From NCBI RefSeq assembly GCF_001194135.2, contig NC_068988.1, forward strand, positions 87,457,198 to 87,507,679: DNA of 50,482 bases, in the 5' to 3' direction. Shown here one piece after another: positions 46,600 to 50,482 of this stretch. The stretch comes from Octopus bimaculoides. Its lineage: Eukaryota. Numbering within the stretch: the first letter of the stretch is position 1; every line of letters starts with the position of its first letter. The notes under the pieces were generated by a model. It did no database searches. It had not been told where the DNA came from and saw only the letters and a program-made list of their open reading frames with translations. The position numbers and the translations under genes were made by a program.

Positions 46600-47570
46600 T
46601 ATCACTTTTACAATGACAGCTTATATAATACTGTACTTACTTTTATCTAAGTAGACTGGGCTGTTGGCATTGAAATATCTTAATCATGACTAAAGTACAG
46701 TGAAATATACCACACTATTGTAGCTATTTATAGCTAAGTGAATGGAACTGTTGACAGTTTTTTAAATTTTTTATTATAGGCACAGTACAGTGAACTGAAC
46801 AACATTGTTTTATATAGCTATGTAACCTGCACTGGACTAGTTGCAGCTATCTATCATGGACACAATATAGTGAACTGCACCATATTGTGGTACTTACTTA
46901 CACCTTGGTGAACTAAAATTTTGACTGTTAAGTTTCTTGATCATGGACACAGTACAGTGAACTATACAACATTGGTGTGGCTACTCACTGCTAGGTAGGC
47001 TGAGCTGTTGACTGATAAGTACCATGGTCATAGACACAATATATGGATTTACGAGGGGGTGCTGAAAAGCTCCCCCTCAGATTCATTCACTTATTGCAGC
47101 GATCCTTCAGTTTTTCTAATCCCTTGTAAAAGAACTTGGATGATTTGGCCTCCAACCAGGCCTTTCGTGATACCCTTAAACCCAAAAACTTTTCACCACC
47201 CCCTTGTATACCACAATGTGATAACTGCTTACATCTATGTTGGCTGAACTGTTGATTGTTGTCCTGTCATGGATACAGTCAGTGAATCATACCACACCAT
47301 GGTACCTAGTTACAGCTAAGTAAACTGGGCCATTGTCAGTTGTCTCAATCATGGACATAAAACAGTGAACTGCTGCTCACTGTCGTACTTATTTACAACT
47401 AAGTGGGGTGGACTGTTAAATTAGGTGTCTTTCTCGGTTGTAGATGCAATCCAGTTATCTACAACCACACTGTGGTACCTATTTATAGCTAACTGGACTG
47501 GAAAGTTGACTGTTAAGTTTCTCCTTGGTCATGAACTATACCTCACTGTTGTATCTACCTACAGCTATTC
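46600..47570 (+). repeat. Degenerate ~85-bp tandem satellite interrupted by a mariner MITE
   Basis: The catggacacagtacagtgaact-like anchor occurs at 46685, 46775, 46855, 46942, 47029, 47268, 47350 and 47530. Confidence 0.75.
47052..47206 (+). mobile_element. Mariner-type MITE, internally deleted, TA TSD
   Basis: TA|cgagggggtgctgaaaag ... cttttcaccacccccttg|TA. Confidence 0.82.
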
Positions 47571-47773
47571 ATATGTGGGATATTTGGGGATCAGACACAA
47601 CACAGCAAGTAGTTACAAATCAGTGGTGCCCCAAATAACTAATCAACTGTCTACTACACAATCCCCTCAGCCATTCAAACTCCCCATCGTACATCAATTT
47701 TTTGTATCCTGTCCACCACCAAGGAATTTTCTTGTTCCAATTTTTAATGCATCACTTTATATATATAACCACA

Positions 47774-48158
47774 GGCGCAGGAGTGGCTGTGTGGTGAGTA
47801 GCTTGCTTACGAACCACATGGTCCCAGGTTCAGTCCCACTGCGTGGCACCTTGGGCAAGTGTCTTCTACTATAGCCTCGGGCCAACCAAAGCCTTGTGAG
47901 TGTATTTGGTAGACGGAAACTGAAAGAAGCCCGTCGTATATATGTATATATATATGTGTGTTTGTGCGTCTGTGTTTGTCCTTGCAACATCGCTTGACAA
48001 CCAATGCTGGTGTGTTTAGGTACCCGTAACTTAGCGGTTCGGCAAAAGAGACCAATAGAATAAGTACTAGGCTTACAAAGAATAAGTCCTGGGGTCGATT
48101 TGCTCGACTAAAGGCGGTGCTCCAGCACGGCCACAGTCAAATGACTGAAATGAATAAA

Positions 48159-48160
<2 letters not shown>
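47774..48160 (+). mobile_element. tRNA-SINE family A, young, ending 66 bp before GLDC exon 3
   Basis: Full consensus with most CpGs intact. Confidence 0.92.
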
Positions 48161-48194
<34 letters not shown>

Positions 48195-48226
48195 TATGTT
48201 ATTTTCATTTGCTTTGTTTGTTTCAG

Positions 48227-48362
48227 GAGAAAGCCAAACTCTGCAAAAATTACAAGAAATTGCTCAGAAGAATATGCTTTGGAAGAACTACATTGGTATG
48301 GGTTACTATAACACACAGATGCCATATGCCATCTTGAGAAACTTCTTTGAAAATGTAGGATG
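48227..48362 (+). CDS. GLDC: GLDC coding exon 3 (136 nt, (G)ESQTLQKLQEIAQKNMLWKNYIGMGYYNTQMPYAILRNFFENVG(W))
   Basis: Acceptor tttgtttgtttcAG ends at 48226. The phase-1 join G+GA gives Gly. It contains the hallmark YIGMGYY...ILRN..EN.GW motif. The donor is TG|GTATGT at 48363. Confidence 0.96.
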
Positions 48363-48749
48363 GTATGTATGTCTTGGAACAATAATCTTTGTAAGAAGTA
48401 GTAAAGAATGTTAACATTTTGCTAATTGTTGTTTTGCCCAGGACAGCCATGACCCAGAAGACTTATGGTCAAAGGCTTTGTTTCTGTTGTACTTAAAATC
48501 AGCCTTGATTTGATAGACCATAGGTCAAGGATATTAAACCATGATCAATTTCACATTTGTTTTTTGACATTGTCTATCTAGGATTACATTATTCAGTATG
48601 TCTTTATTTTTTTTATAAGACACTTGGGTGTAACTTGAGGGAGGTTTGGCTGTTGTTTTTCTACCAGGTCATACAACCACATAGGGATTCTGAGTGATCA
48701 TGGCCTAGGATTGAATCTAGTCATTGACAAAAACAGTCTGAGTAGTCTC

Positions 48750-49255
48750 TTCCAGAGGACCTTTGGGTTGAATATCTCTTTGGTTTGGTAGTGCTACAGA
48801 GGGGCATTGCCCATTCAAGACAAGCTCTTCGGGCATGGAAGGCCAACAGCTAAGCCTGCCTGAGATGCTTTCAGGGGGATGAAACTGTCCAATAATTCAG
48901 TGTCTGTGCATTAGAGAGTTGTGGTATTGTGTGGAACAGCTGTTGTTGCATGTAAGACAAATTCTGCCAAGTGTATAGTGAAGATTGGCACACCACCTTC
49001 CCTTAGCAGAGAAGGGAAGCAAGTCTTTCTCTGCTTAGTGGCTGTGGCAAAAAAGGCTGTATGACTTATCTGAAAGGTTTCAAGATAGACACATTCCTAT
49101 CTGGTCAAGCCCTCATCGATTTCTTCAAATATCATTTGAAGAGGAAGGTGAGGGGAGAGAGGGAGGTGCTGCCTTCTAGAGTGTTTATCAAAAGGTGGTC
49201 AACAGTGGCAAGACTGGTGACACGGAAAGGATCTATTCTGAATATGCTTTTCTAA
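48750..49255 (+). mobile_element. Decayed Tx1/L1-superfamily ORF2 C-terminus
   Basis: Reads W*CYRGALPIQDKL...IVKIGTPPSLSREGKQVFLCLVAVAK and, after a frameshift, LKGFKIDTFLSGQALIDFFKYHLKRKVRGERE...KRWSTVAR. Confidence 0.72.
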
Positions 49256-49592
49256 GCAGAAACAAACAAACTGGAAGAGGGCAATTTCCCATGCCTTGGA
49301 GATGGCAGAGTAATCCGGGGTTTTTGCTGGGGTTTTACTCTGGATTACACTAAGTGGATTACTCCACTATTGGGGATTCTGTTTATTTATTTATATATCT
49401 ACTTTCTATTATATCTCTACTTTCTATTATATATCTTCTGTTATATCCTTTAACGTAGTAGCATCTCACCTTGATTGATGTTAACTCTACATATTTTTGT
49501 TTTTCTGATTTTTTTTTGTGCTGTAACTCATCCTTTGATATTGTTCTCCATGTCTTGAGCCCCTGTGGCCAGTAAAAGAAATCATTATCATT

Positions 49593-49637
<45 letters not shown>

Positions 49638-49646
49638 TATATATAA

Positions 49647-49690
<44 letters not shown>

Positions 49691-50099
49691 TTAGGGAAAA
49701 GAACCAAGATTCATGAACTCATCGATGAAAATCCACTGTCACATATAGAAAAATTAATAAGTAAAAGCACAGTAAATAAGTATAATATAATACAAAGTAA
49801 ATATCATAAGATAAAGATAATAAAATGACTACACGTGTTTCATGACCAATTTTCAAATAGAAAGAAAATTTAAATCGATTAAAACTATTGAAAACCAATT
49901 CTATTAAAAAATATAGCTAATCTTCAGGTCATTGGCCGGTAATGTATTTTTCTGCATTATATGGATAATTTATCCTGATCAAGCTATTTATAGCATTATC
50001 ACGCGTTTGAGAAATAAATTTATTTCTGTATCTTACAATACATCTCAATGCTTCTAAAAAAACAAACTTTGTTTACTTTCATCGTAAAGTTGAATTTAA

Positions 50100-50165
<66 letters not shown>

Positions 50166-50171
50166 TAGTAG

Positions 50172-50482
50172 TAGGGAGGTAAGCTTGCAGAATCGTTAGT
50201 GCACCGGGCAAAATGCTTGACAGTATTTTGCCTGTCACTACGTTCTGAGTTCAAATTCCTCCGAGGTTGACTTTGCCTTTCATCCATTCAGGGTCAATGA
50301 ATTAAGTATCAGTGAAAACCCTGGGGTCGATGTAATCAACTTCTCCCCTCCCCACAGATTTCAAGCCTTGTGTCTACAGTAGAAAGGATTATTATTATTA
50401 TTATTATTATTATTATACTTAGCAGCATTTCTTCTGGTTCTGTACATTCTCAGTTCAAATTTTGCCAAATTCAACTTTGCCT
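50172..50482 (+). mobile_element. Family B SINE plus a fragment of a second copy, after (ATT)n(AGT)n
   Basis: Consensus body and gtagaaaggattattatt tail. Confidence 0.8.

Noticed and set aside
49745-50035. Possible Penelope-like 3' remnant on the minus strand (cctgaagat...aaacacgtgtag)
   Set aside because: Only short motif resemblance and no protein motif, so too weak to call.

Overview
This is eukaryotic, AT-rich, repeat-dense DNA with 11 N-gaps. It is most likely an Octopus scaffold, inferred from recalled cephalopod SINE and RTE-tail families. One host gene is supported: the 5' part of mitochondrial glycine dehydrogenase (glycine cleavage P protein, GLDC) on the + strand. It has three coding exons (9073-9345, 26881-26959, 48227-48362) joined in frame by GT-AG introns of about 17.5 and 21.3 kb, and continues past the window. 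The rest is transposable-element debris. There are three tRNA-derived SINE families, RTE 3' tails, and decayed coding pieces of RTE, RTE-X, CRE-like, R4/Dong-like and Tx1-like retrotransposons and of Tc1, maT-like and Chapaev3-like DNA transposons. Mariner, hAT, TTAA and Helentron-type non-autonomous elements, two degenerate tandem arrays and many microsatellites are also present. I found no novel multi-gene system, no CRISPR array and no genuine RNA gene. The most unusual signals are mutational and mobilisation mechanics: four separate snap-back (inverted, locally templated) insertions, an RTE with twin-priming geometry, two SINEs inserted at one target site, SINE chains built on their own (ATT)n tails, and a foldback MITE carrying TTAGGG repeats. 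Two uORFs lie in the putative GLDC leader. All family assignments come from motif recognition, not database searches.
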